Notes: generated by a model not told the origin, from the letters alone. A stretch of 32,000 bases of DNA from Candidatus Saccharimonadota bacterium (GCA_041659445.1 JBAZYG010000002.1:60001-92000), one strand, 5' to 3'; counted from the first letter of the stretch, positions 1 to 9,397 are shown. Translations and numbers: made by a program.

Positions 1-2049
1 CTTTAATCTCATAAAAATAATATTTTTGTTTAGTCATTTTTTTACAATTTTCACAATGAGGATAAATTGATTCTTTTCCACAATCTTCACAATAAAAATA
101 AGGAAAAATTCCTTTGACTTTCCCAACTTTACAAGCTTCATTAACACTTCGTAATCTTCCGCCTTCACTTCCAACAGGAAATAAAACATTCGGGCTACCT
201 GTTAATTTTCTCACTTTTGCTTTTTCTGGACGACCCATTCTTGCTCCAATAAATTCACCTGATTTATCTTTAATTTCAAATTTTGAAAAAGAATTAATAA
301 TTTCTAAAACAGGTTTTTCTAAATCAAATTTTTCTAAATCAAAATATTCTTTAAAATAATTTTTATTTAAAACTTCATTTAAATCAAAACCTAAATTCAA
401 AAAAAGAGATTTTGCATTTACAACATCAATAATAACATTTTCTATAAAAACATCGTGAGAAATTCCCAAAAGTTCCAAAGCCCTTTTTCCCAATGAAAAT
501 TTTTCTCTGTCTAATTTAGTATAAGGTAAAATTAATTTATCTAAAAAAACAGAATTTCTTAACCAATCTATTAAATTTAAAAATTCTTCTTTGCTTATTT
601 CGTTCCAATAAAAAATAAATTTTGGATACAAAGGAATTTTTTCTTTTTCACTTATTTCTATTGCTTTTTCAAAAGAAACATTAAAATAATCTAAATTAAC
701 ATAATCTTTTTTATTTTTTTCTTTTAATTCTAAAAACCACCACTCCTCTACAAAACCAGGTTTGATTAATTGCGCGTTTCTATTAATAACATCACTAAAA
801 GGAAAAAGTATATCCCCTAAATAAATTATTTCTTCTATTTCTGAATAAAGTTTTTTTGCTTCATCTTTGCTATTTAATTTTTTAACACTACCATTACGAA
901 GTTTTACAATTGGCCCATCAATAGAATCGTTCACAGTAATTGCACAACCTTTTGTTGGTTTTTCAACTTTTAATTGAGTTCCAATTGCAATAAAGCCGTC
1001 GGTAACAGCCATTGTAGCCGGAGAAATAGATGAAGCACTAAACCCAGAGTTTCGTCCCCGGCCATATCTAAATCTAAATCCTCCTGATCTTGAAGGATGG
1101 CTAAATACAGGTCTTCCTGCAACTAAATCTTTTATATACGTCGGAGAAGCATCAATTTTCCCTTTATCTCTTTTTTCATGAATTTTAATATATTCTTCTA
1201 AAAAATCAAATCCAGTAGACTTTACACCGTTTTTTTTTGCTTTATTTAAAAGTCTAAACCCCTTTGTAGCTTTTTGAGCCAAACCTTCTCCCAAAATTAA
1301 ACAAAAACCACTCCTTAAAAAATTAGTACTAACTCTTTCTAAATTTTTATAATTTGGAACTTCAATTTTTTCTGAGGGTTCACCGTCGACTTGAAAAGGA
1401 AGATGTCTTGCTAAAAATAATGTTTCTTCTTCAGTAGGCATATATTGTAAATTTGCAACTCTATCATGAAAATGTTCTAATTCTGTATAAACTCTTTTTA
1501 TTTCTTCTTCAGTTGGATCATATTTTGCAAAACCATATTTTTCTCTTAAAAAATCAATTAATATTAAAACCATACAAGAAGAAGTTGTCCCAGCACTTCT
1601 TATTGGACCTGAAAAAAAAGCCTTGAGATATTCTTTATTATCTTTTGTTTTTCCAATTTTAATTCCAGTATAACCCTCGATTGGACTTGAAACAACACCT
1701 AAAGTGATGTATGCAAATCCTATTCTAATTCCTGCATCAATGGATTCAATTAAATTTTCAAATTTACAAAATTTTTGTTCTGAAACTTCTTCAGCAATTT
1801 TAAAAATAATTGTCGGGTCTAGTTTACCATATTGCTCTTCTAATTCCAAAATCCTTTTAGAGATTTCTGAATCTTTCATTTGAGGATAAATTGTTGAAAT
1901 TAAACCTACAACTTTTTCAGCCATGCTCATTGCCAAAGGTATTTCTACTTCATTTACAGGATCTATTCCTTTACTTCTAGCAATACTTGAAATCCCATAA
2001 ATTTCATCAATTTTATCTTTAAAATTTTTAAAATATTTTTCAGTTTGCA
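1..2049 (-). CDS. polC: DNA polymerase II (PolD) large subunit DP2, N-terminal 683 codons; C-terminus lies beyond the window start
   Basis: Absent from the ORF track because it is truncated. Hand translation of the minus strand from the ATG at 2049-2047 is uninterrupted: MQTEKYFKNFKDKIDEIYGISSIARSKGIDP...GPIRSAGTTSS...GRPVFSHPSRSGGFRFRYGRGRNSGF...GARMGRPEKA...YCEDCGKE..HCENC. These are typical DP2 blocks. The gene lies downstream of DP1 in the same operon. Confidence 0.9.
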
Positions 2050-2654
2050 TTTTTATAAATTGCCTCCTGTTTTTCAAATTCATTAATTTTTTCTAAAATT
2101 TCATTCCAATCATTTACTTTAACAATATTTTTATAATTTTCAAAATTTTGATTCCAGGGTTTATTTAATAATAAAACTTTAACCCCTTTTCTTGCACAAT
2201 CTTTAGCATAACTTAAATTATCTTCAATAAGAATGGAACAATTTTCTTCAAAACAAATTTCAGATTTACTTTTATTTCCTCCCCAAGCATCTCCTGAAAA
2301 AATTATCTTAAATTCCTTATGCGGAAAATGTTTCTTAAAAAAAGTCCTTGTTTTTTCTTCATTTGAAACATGCCGAGAGGTGACAAAAAAAATTTCATGA
2401 TTGTTCTCTAAAAAATTAATAGAATCTAAACTGCCTTTTATTAATTCTAAATTTAATAAAGTCGAATCTCCTGAAGTATGTTCTTGGATATACTCTTGAA
2501 CTTGCTCTAAATTTAACCCTTTGCCCGAACACAAGTTATTATAATCTAAAACTTCATAATAATTTATATTTATTTTTTTTTCTGCATTAAGAAATTTTAA
2601 AAAACTTTTTAAATATTCTACAACAATTTCATCTATATCAATTGCTATTTTCAT
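2040..2654 (-). CDS. HAD-superfamily 5'(3')-deoxyribonucleotidase-like protein (NT5C family)
   Basis: N-terminal DxDxV motif (IAIDIDEIVVEY), FFVTSR, and C-terminal LIEDN...GVKVLLLNKPWN, typical of NT5C/HAD nucleotidases. The start overlaps the DP1 stop by 4 nt, and the stop overlaps the DP2 start. Confidence 0.7.
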   Translation of the reverse strand: MKIAIDIDEIVVEYLKSFLKFLNAEKKININYYEVLDYNNLCSGKGLNLEQVQEYIQEHTSGDSTLLNLELIKGSLDSINFLENNHEIFFVTSRHVSNEEKTRTFFKKHFPHKEFKIIFSGDAWGGNKSKSEICFEENCSILIEDNLSYAKDCARKGVKVLLLNKPWNQNFENYKNIVKVNDWNEILEKINEFEKQEAIYKNAN

Positions 2655-4237
2655 TTTTTTTCTTCCTCCTTATTTTCATAATTTTCAAAGTCCAAAATTT
2701 TTACTGCTCTTGTTTTTAAATTAACCATTGGAACTTTGCAATGATCAGGAATATTTCCAAATTTTTCTTGATACGTAGTCATAGCTTCCCAAGTAGAACC
2801 TGAAATAACTAAAATATTATTATAATAAAATACATCACTTTTATGTGTGTGCCCTGAAACAAAGATATCTGGAATTTTTTTAATAATATGAAAATCTTTT
2901 TCAGAAGGAACATACTGAACAGAACCATGTGTTGGGGCTAAATGCCTATTCATTAAAAGATATTCCATTATTTTTTCTGGATGATTCATTGCATCTGCTG
3001 AAATTAATTTTGGAATAGCTCTTGCAAAATAATTAAAAGAAAAACCATGATAAACTAAAATGTTAAACCCTTCAAATCCTTTTCTCTCAGAAATATTAAT
3101 TAAACTAGGATTACTTACTAAAAAAATGTTATTAATATTATATAAAGGCCAAGCATATTTTTCATCAAATATTGGTTGAGGCTCCATTAATCTAACACCG
3201 TCGTGATTTCCAGGCGAAATTATAATTTGAATATCTTTCCTTATTAACTTTAATGCGTCTGCAAGACCTTGAAATTGCTTTTCTAAATCTGTAAATTCTA
3301 AATCCTTTTCTTGGTCAGGATAATTTCCAACACCTGTGACCACATCTCCTACAATAAAAAGATATTTTATTTTATTTACTTCTTCCAAATTTCCATCTTT
3401 TCCATTCAAATAATCAATAAATTTGAAAAATTCTTCTTTAAAAAATTTTTTACTTCCAAAATGTAAATCACTAATAAATAAAGCATACTCTTCTACAGGA
3501 GATTTCTTACGAATAGGTAAGTCTGAATCAGGATAAATTATTTCATTAACAAATAATACTTCTTTATTTCCTGAGCATTTAAAACACAAAACACTATCTA
3601 AAGATATATTTTCTACCAATTCTATTAAATTAGATTTTTCTTTACTAATTAATAATTTAATCCTTCCTGTTAAATCTTCTATTTCCAAAATAAAATTTTT
3701 ATTTTTTGTCAAAGACTTATCCAAAACCATACCAATTAGAGAAACATTTTGCTTTTCTTTACTTAGCCTATTGATAGAAATTAAATTTTCAAATTTAACA
3801 TTGTTTGAGAAATAATTTTTCATTTCATTAAACCTATTTCTAAAATAATTTATAAAATCTTTAACTCCAAAATCTTTACTAATAGAACTATATGAATTTA
3901 AAATTTTTACTTTGGATTGTTCTTTTTCTAAATTATTAATTAATTCCTTTTGCGAATGAATTTTAGCAGAAATTTCTAAATTTAACCCGAATTTTATTGT
4001 TAATTCTTTCAAAATTTCTTTATTTCGAGGGTCACTTAAAAAAAACTCTCTAAGGTTGTCTTTATTTGAATTTAAAACTTCTTTAGTAATAATATTTTTA
4101 TTAGTTAAACTTTGAATTTGCTCAATAAACATTTTTACAGAAGAGAAATCTTCAGAATTGCTAAAAATTTCCAATAAATCTTTATCTAATAAAACTTTTT
4201 TTTCAATACAAAAATTTAATAATTCTTTTTTATCCAT
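2651..4237 (-). CDS. polB: DNA polymerase II (PolD) small subunit DP1
   Basis: 528 aa with calcineurin-like phosphoesterase motifs (FISDLHFGS, VGDVVTGVG, GNHD, GHTH) and an OB-like middle region. It lies between cdc6 and DP2. Confidence 0.9.
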   Translation of the reverse strand: MDKKELLNFCIEKKVLLDKDLLEIFSNSEDFSSVKMFIEQIQSLTNKNIITKEVLNSNKDNLREFFLSDPRNKEILKELTIKFGLNLEISAKIHSQKELINNLEKEQSKVKILNSYSSISKDFGVKDFINYFRNRFNEMKNYFSNNVKFENLISINRLSKEKQNVSLIGMVLDKSLTKNKNFILEIEDLTGRIKLLISKEKSNLIELVENISLDSVLCFKCSGNKEVLFVNEIIYPDSDLPIRKKSPVEEYALFISDLHFGSKKFFKEEFFKFIDYLNGKDGNLEEVNKIKYLFIVGDVVTGVGNYPDQEKDLEFTDLEKQFQGLADALKLIRKDIQIIISPGNHDGVRLMEPQPIFDEKYAWPLYNINNIFLVSNPSLINISERKGFEGFNILVYHGFSFNYFARAIPKLISADAMNHPEKIMEYLLMNRHLAPTHGSVQYVPSEKDFHIIKKIPDIFVSGHTHKSDVFYYNNILVISGSTWEAMTTYQEKFGNIPDHCKVPMVNLKTRAVKILDFENYENKEEEKK

Positions 4238-4249
4238 TTCATTTTAAAT

Positions 4250-5458
4250 TCAAAAATCTAAGGAATTTTCTAAAATTTCTTTAACTTTTCCCAAAATATC
4301 CTTAGAAATTGCTAATTTTATTTCCCTCATTCTACCACCTCTTCCCTTCGAAATTACTCTTACATTAATAATCCCCAACATATCAAATTCCTGAATAATA
4401 TCTGAAACTCTTCTTTGAGTCAAAATTTCAGACTTGTCTCTAATACATAAATCACGATAAAAATTATAAACATCTCCTGTAAAAAATGGTTCTTCTTTAT
4501 TTTTTTCTGAAAGTTTAAATATAGAATACAAAACCAATTGAAATTGCTTAGGCTCTGATGCAACTATATCTAAAATTTTATCTTTTTCTATTTTGTTGTT
4601 TGCTTCATCGATATGTTTAAAAGAAATTTTTTTATCTCCAATTCTTTCAGCCAATTCTCCTGCAACCCTTAACAAATCCAGTGCTCTTCTTGCATCACCG
4701 TGTTCTCTAGCAGCATAAGCAGCACATTTTGCAATAACCCCCTCACTTAGAATATTTTCTCTAAATGCTTTTTCAGCTCGCTTATTTAAAATATCTTGAA
4801 TTTGCAAGGCATTATAAGGCGGAAAAACAATTTCTTCTTCTGATAATGAACTTCTAACTCGGGGATCTAATTCATCTAAAAAAGTTAAATTATTACTTAT
4901 CCCAACAATAGAAATTTGAGATTTAGATAATTCAGTATTTAATCTTGTTAAATTGTATAAAAAATTATTTGAAATTTTTTTAACAGTTTGATCAATTTCA
5001 TCTAAAACTAAAATAACTGATTGCTTTTTTGAATCAATTAATTCTATAAAAGAGTTATAAACTGCTTGAGTTGGAAGCCCTGTTGATGGAACTTCTCCCC
5101 CTAATTTTTTAATAAGTTCTGCTAAAATTCTATATTCTGTATCAGATACTTTTTTTAATTTACAATTTAAATATTCTATCCTTAATTCAAAATTGGAATT
5201 CTTATTAAAACGCTTTAAAAGTTCGTCTTTTACAAATTGAATTGAAAGAGTTTTTCCAGTTCCAGTCTTTCCATATAAAAAAAGATTACTTGTTTTTTCT
5301 CCTCTTAAAATTGGAGCTAAAATAGATGCAATTTGCTTTATTTGTTCATCCCTGTGAATTATTGCTTCAGGTTTATAATTTGTTTGTAATAAAGATTTAT
5401 CTTTAAAAATTAAATTTTTATCAAAAGATTCAAAAATTTTATCTAATTCATTTTTCAT
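4250..5458 (-). CDS. cdc6: Orc1/Cdc6 replication initiator
   Basis: 402 aa with Walker A GKTGTGKT, Walker B VLDEID, GISN sensor region and a C-terminal winged helix (SKGRGGRMREI). It is adjacent to an AT-rich noncoding region. Confidence 0.93.
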   Translation of the reverse strand: MKNELDKIFESFDKNLIFKDKSLLQTNYKPEAIIHRDEQIKQIASILAPILRGEKTSNLFLYGKTGTGKTLSIQFVKDELLKRFNKNSNFELRIEYLNCKLKKVSDTEYRILAELIKKLGGEVPSTGLPTQAVYNSFIELIDSKKQSVILVLDEIDQTVKKISNNFLYNLTRLNTELSKSQISIVGISNNLTFLDELDPRVRSSLSEEEIVFPPYNALQIQDILNKRAEKAFRENILSEGVIAKCAAYAAREHGDARRALDLLRVAGELAERIGDKKISFKHIDEANNKIEKDKILDIVASEPKQFQLVLYSIFKLSEKNKEEPFFTGDVYNFYRDLCIRDKSEILTQRRVSDIIQEFDMLGIINVRVISKGRGGRMREIKLAISKDILGKVKEILENSLDF

Positions 5459-5936
5459 TTTATTTTTTTAATTAATATCTCTTTGCTTATTTCTTATTTT
5501 ATACCCTACACGTATATTTCTTATGGAAAAACAAACTAATAAGAAAATACCAACGAAAAAAAGGAATGAATTATATAAAGGGTTATAACTACTTCTAAAG
5601 AAAGACGCCTAGATTTCTAGTGGAAAAGGCAAAAATAAAAAGCAATTAGATATCCTTTAATTTAAAAGAATAAAAATATATTCTAATTTAAAATAATTTA
5701 TTATATTTCGAACTAAGATATAATTTATTATTAAAATTAAGAGGTATCTTATTCTCTTAATTTTAAATTAAAAGAAAGAATATATATACTACAAAATATA
5801 TATTATAATATATATAATATAATATATAAATATTTATAAATGAAATATTTAAAAAAATAAATTTAAATTATTAAAAAAATAAATTCCAATAGAAATCAAA
5901 GGGTGAGGGACTACCCTCTTTTTAAAGTTAAAAGTA
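5459..5936. other. Candidate replication origin (oriC): ORB-like elements flanking an AT-rich unwinding element
   Basis: 478 bp noncoding region directly upstream of cdc6. It contains TTTCTAGTGGAAAAGG (5614-5629), TTCTTATGGAAAAAC (5518-5532) and TTCCAATAGAAATCAAAGGGTGAGGG (5884-5909, with a G-string). Between them is a nearly pure A/T TATATA-type stretch (about 5770-5880). Confidence 0.65.
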
Positions 5937-6197
5937 TTAAATAATGTCTTCTTCAGAAACTATAATAAAATCTCCAATAGCAATAATTGCACTATATGGA
6001 ATTAAATATTCATTTGAAGGAGTCTTTTCTAAATTAAGGTTTCTAGTGTAAATAGTAGCATCTTTTATAACTAAATTTATCAATTCTCCAGATTTTGTTT
6101 CAAAAGTAACATCTCGTACAAAACCTAATCTTTTACCTTCTTTTGTTACAACCATCTTACCAATGATTATTTTATAGGGTATTTTTTCTGTTTGCAT
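5937..6197 (-). CDS. PRC-barrel domain protein
   Basis: 86 aa; the pattern GKMVVTKEGKRLGFVRDVTFETKSGELINLVI...IPYSAIIAIGDFIIV is typical of small archaeal PRC-barrel proteins. Confidence 0.7.
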   Translation of the reverse strand: MQTEKIPYKIIIGKMVVTKEGKRLGFVRDVTFETKSGELINLVIKDATIYTRNLNLEKTPSNEYLIPYSAIIAIGDFIIVSEEDII

Positions 6198-6339
6198 AGT
6201 AAATATAAAATTAATTTGTTTATAAATTTATCTACACACAACAATATATTTAATATAATAAATTTTTATCTCTTTTTATTTGATTATTTTATCTTTTTAA
6301 AACACAAATATTTAAAAATCAAAATGGTTTGAAAGATTT

Positions 6340-6759
6340 ATGAAATTAGCAGGTTTTAACTTCACAAAAATTGTGGGAGAACGATCTAATATAAAATTTG
6401 AAGAATTAAAAATAAATTCAACATTAGATTTAAAAGAAATAAAAGAAATTTCTTCTGATCTTATTAAAACAAAAGAAGATTTACTTGGAGTTCGTTTCTT
6501 CTATAGTATTGAATATTCTCAAAAGGTTGCAAAAATAGAATTTGAAGGAAATATTATAATTTCTTTAGACTCAAAGCAAGCTAAAGAGATTCTTAAAGAA
6601 TGGGATGATAAAAAAGTAAAAAGTTCTTTTAAAGAAGCAATTTTTAATTTGATTTTAAATAAATGTAATATTAAAGCCTTACAATTAGAAGAAGAATTGG
6701 GTCTTCCTATACACTTTAAGTTGCCTTCTATAAAAATTGAAGAACCTAAAAAAGATTAA
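6340..6759 (+). CDS. hypothetical protein
   Basis: 139 aa ORF in clean intergenic context with host-like composition; no motif recognised. Confidence 0.6.
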   Translation: MKLAGFNFTKIVGERSNIKFEELKINSTLDLKEIKEISSDLIKTKEDLLGVRFFYSIEYSQKVAKIEFEGNIIISLDSKQAKEILKEWDDKKVKSSFKEAIFNLILNKCNIKALQLEEELGLPIHFKLPSIKIEEPKKD

Positions 6760-6806
6760 TTTAATTTTTTAAAAAATTATATAAAGGATTATTTATTTCA
6801 TCTTTT

Positions 6807-7085
6807 ATGAAAATATCTTCTAAGAAAAAAGATAAAATTTTAGAACAAATTCTAGCTTACTTATTCTCTCAAAATCCAAAACCTATCTTTACAGCATATA
6901 TTGCATTAGAAATAGCAAGAGATGAAGAATTCACAAAAAAACTTTTGTTAGAATTAAAACAAAAAAACTTAATTTCAGAAATAAAGAAAAATCCTTCTGG
7001 GCGAGATTATCTTAAAAGAGCCCGTTGGAAGTTAACAGAAGAAGCATATGTTCTTTATAAAAATATTCAAGAAGTTAAAAAGTAA
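6807..7085 (+). CDS. small winged-helix DNA-binding protein (putative transcription regulator)
   Basis: 92 aa; ILEQILAYL...IFTAYIALEIARDEEFTKKLLLELKQKNLISE...W has a wHTH-like helix-turn-helix plus wing pattern. Confidence 0.5.
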   Translation: MKISSKKKDKILEQILAYLFSQNPKPIFTAYIALEIARDEEFTKKLLLELKQKNLISEIKKNPSGRDYLKRARWKLTEEAYVLYKNIQEVKK

Positions 7086-7135
7086 AAGATATATTCCACT
7101 ACATTAAATCTTTTAAACAGACAATCATTCTTTTT

Positions 7136-7846
7136 ATGATGGATAATTTAAAAGAGGCGTTTAATAAAATTAAAGAAGATATTCTTTTTTTAAATAAAGA
7201 AATAATCATCTTAAAGAAATCCTTACAAGAAATATCTTTAGAGCTTAAGGAAATACCTTTAATATCTAGAAAAATATCTGATTTGGGATTACAAACACAT
7301 ATGCTTGAAAATAAGACAAATTCTATTTTAAAAAAGACAGATATTTTACCTTTTAAGCCTTTAGAAGGTAAATATTTGGGTATTTCCACAGGAAACAAGG
7401 GGGTTCCAACAGACAAACAGACAAACAGACAAACAGACAAACAAAGGGAATTAATGGGTATTTCAAGGGGTTTTTTACAAAAAGAGCCTCTTTTATTAAA
7501 GCAAGAGAAGATGTCTATTGATTCTGCAGCATATGTATTAGATTCACTAGAAGAACTTAAAAAAGAACTTAAAATCAAGTTTAAAAAATTAACAGATCAA
7601 GAAATGCTTGTTTTCTCGACAATTTATCAAATTGACGAAGAAAAAGGTTTTTGTGATTACAAAACACTTTCTTTAAAGATGAATCTAACTGAAAGTTCAA
7701 TACGAGACTATGTGAGAAGATTAATATTAAAAGAAATGCCTATAAATAAGATTAAAGTTAATAATAAGGAAATTCACCTTCAAATATCTGAAAATCTTAA
7801 AAAAATTACCACCTTATCAACTATTTTGAAACTTAGAGAAGTATAA
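7136..7846 (+). CDS. coiled-coil / tandem-repeat / C-terminal wHTH protein (paralog of 8037-8651)
   Basis: 236 aa. N-terminal heptad-like region, central PTDKQTNRQTDKQ encoded by (ACAGACAA)x4, and C-terminal LTDQEMLVFSTIY...LTESSIRDYVRRLILKEMPI HTH. Confidence 0.75.
   Translation: MMDNLKEAFNKIKEDILFLNKEIIILKKSLQEISLELKEIPLISRKISDLGLQTHMLENKTNSILKKTDILPFKPLEGKYLGISTGNKGVPTDKQTNRQTDKQRELMGISRGFLQKEPLLLKQEKMSIDSAAYVLDSLEELKKELKIKFKKLTDQEMLVFSTIYQIDEEKGFCDYKTLSLKMNLTESSIRDYVRRLILKEMPINKIKVNNKEIHLQISENLKKITTLSTILKLREV
7409..7443 (+). repeat. 8-bp tandem repeat (ACAGACAA) x4 plus a partial unit, inside the CDS
   Basis: Read directly: acagacaa acagacaa acagacaa acagacaa aca. The unit length is not a multiple of 3. 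Confidence 0.95.
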
Positions 7847-7907
7847 AATTTTGGCTTTTATCGTCGTGGATTTGTCTTTTTTTACTTTTTATTCTTTGAA
7901 AATTAAT

Positions 7908-7927
7908 TTATTCGTTTAAACGAATAA
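7908..7927. repeat. perfect 20-bp palindrome TTATTCGTTTAAACGAATAA between convergent genes
   Basis: Read directly; the sequence is its own reverse complement. It could be a bidirectional terminator hairpin or a protein-binding site. Confidence 0.9.
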
Positions 7928-8036
7928 CTATAAAACTATTTTAAACGTTTATTTAACTCTCATTTTGTGATTCCGAAGTTCTTTTTTTTGAAAGTTAAAA
8001 ATCTTTTTATCTCATTTTTTTGTTTTATGCTACATT

Positions 8037-8651
8037 TTATTGCTTTTCTTTAGGTTTTTTATTTAAATTAACTCTCACTTTTGATTTTTTTAAGAGTATT
8101 TCTTTCATATTTTCAGGTATAAACACTCTCTTTTTGCCATTTTGTTCTATTATTTCATCAATTAACCCCTCACTTTTTTGTTTTATTGAGTTTAATTGAC
8201 CTCTAATTGTTGTTTTTTCTTTACTAAGCATTGAAGCAAGATCTTCATAACTGAGTTTTAATTCACTATTTAAAAGAATCCAAATTATTGCTTTTTCAGT
8301 TATTGAAAATTGTTTTAAATTTGGTGTTTGAACACCTGTTTGAACACCTGTTTGAACAGCATAAACACCTGTTTGTTTTTTTGACAAGCCTGAGGGTGTT
8401 TTAAACAGCCTGTTTGTTTTTAATTCATTCATTATTGAAATAACATTTTTTAAACTTTCTAATTCATTTTTTATATTCGATAAATTCTCTTTAATCTCGT
8501 TTATATCTCTTTTTTGCAAATCTTTTTCAGAATCAAGATGTTTAATCCAACCACTAACAGCAGAAATATCTTTTTTTACAGATTCAAAACTCTTTTTTGT
8601 ATCTTCTTTAATCTGATTTATCTCTTTTTTTTGTTTAAATAATCCAAACAT
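8037..8651 (-). CDS. coiled-coil / tandem-repeat / C-terminal wHTH protein (paralog of 7136-7846)
   Basis: 204 aa. N-terminal coiled coil, central VQTGVQTGVQT repeat, and C-terminal ITEKAIIWILL...LSYEDLASMLSKEKTTIRGQLNSIKQK HTH. Confidence 0.75.
   Translation of the reverse strand: MFGLFKQKKEINQIKEDTKKSFESVKKDISAVSGWIKHLDSEKDLQKRDINEIKENLSNIKNELESLKNVISIMNELKTNRLFKTPSGLSKKQTGVYAVQTGVQTGVQTPNLKQFSITEKAIIWILLNSELKLSYEDLASMLSKEKTTIRGQLNSIKQKSEGLIDEIIEQNGKKRVFIPENMKEILLKKSKVRVNLNKKPKEKQ
8324..8375. repeat. 12-bp in-frame tandem repeat (CTGTTTGAACAC-like, about 3 units plus one more nearby) inside the CDS
   Basis: Read directly: gtgtttgaacac ctgtttgaacac ctgtttgaacag cataaacacctgtttg. It encodes the QTGV repeats on the minus strand. 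Confidence 0.9.
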
Positions 8652-8767
8652 ATATTTATTTGTAAGAAATACTTTAAAAATGTTTTCTTTTTAGACGGAA
8701 AATTTCATTGTTTTAATTCTAAAAGATATAATAAATGTTGATAAATTTTCCTTTTTTAAGAGCTTTT

Positions 8768-8941
8768 AAACACCTATAAACAGCCAAAAAACACCAAAAA
8801 CAGCCTGTTTAAACAGCATTAAACATTTAAAAAATATTTTAAACACCTAAAAAAGTTTTTTTCTTTGCTTTAAACAGCTGTTTAAATTAAAGTTTTTTAA
8901 ATATTTAATCGACGATAAACACCAAAAACAGCCTGTTTAAA
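8768..8941. promoter_or_regulatory. operator-like cluster of AAACAG(C)CTGTTT / AAACACC sites upstream of 8037-8651
   Basis: Exact 25-bp direct repeat AAACACCAAAAACAGCCTGTTTAAA at 8788-8813 (approximate) and 8917-8941. Perfect 18-bp palindrome TTTAAACAGCTGTTTAAA at 8869-8886. Extra AAACACC half-sites at about 8768 and 8841. Confidence 0.7.
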
Positions 8942-9045
8942 AAATAAAAATCAAATGAATTTAGTGTGAATAAAGTTTACCTAAGTATAAACAATCTTTT
9001 TTTTATTATAACAATCTTTAAAAATAAACAATAATTCTTTGCAAT

Positions 9046-9264
9046 ATGAAGGTAGTTTATAATAAAATTCAAGAGCAATTAATCGAGGAATCTTTTTATT
9101 CTCGTTCAAGTCACCTTGATGAAAATTCAAAACTACCAACAGATAAGGTTTTTATTCTTAAAGAAAAGGAAATAGATAAAGGGAATTTATCTAAAAGTAG
9201 CCTTCAAGTAGTTTGGAATAAAAGAGATTTAATTGAAAAAATCTTAGATAGAAAAATGGAATGA
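9046..9264 (+). CDS. hypothetical protein
   Basis: 72 aa ORF with host-like composition; no recognisable motif. Confidence 0.4.
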   Translation: MKVVYNKIQEQLIEESFYSRSSHLDENSKLPTDKVFILKEKEIDKGNLSKSSLQVVWNKRDLIEKILDRKME

Positions 9265-9397
9265 GAAAATTTCAATTATTAATTCCCAAAAAATATTATG
9301 TAATAACGAACTTAACCTAAGTGCACAAAATAATGGCCTTATAATTGTTGAATTTTTAAATATAAATACTTAAATAATCTTAAAAAATTAAAATAGA

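Noticed and set aside
114-359. Track ORF of 81 aa on the plus strand
   Set aside because: It lies entirely antisense to the uninterrupted PolD large-subunit reading frame (1-2049, minus). Its low-complexity sequence is typical of a shadow ORF.
5905-5924. GAGGG-ACTA-CCCTC hairpin as a definite ORB component
   Set aside because: It lies immediately downstream of the stop of the minus-strand PRC-barrel gene and could simply be that gene's terminator. The two roles cannot be separated from sequence alone.
7099-7578. 159-aa minus-strand ORF
   Set aside because: It is antisense to the wHTH paralog at 7136-7846. Its CLSVCLFVCLSV stretch is simply the complement of the 8-bp repeat, and it has no independent start context.
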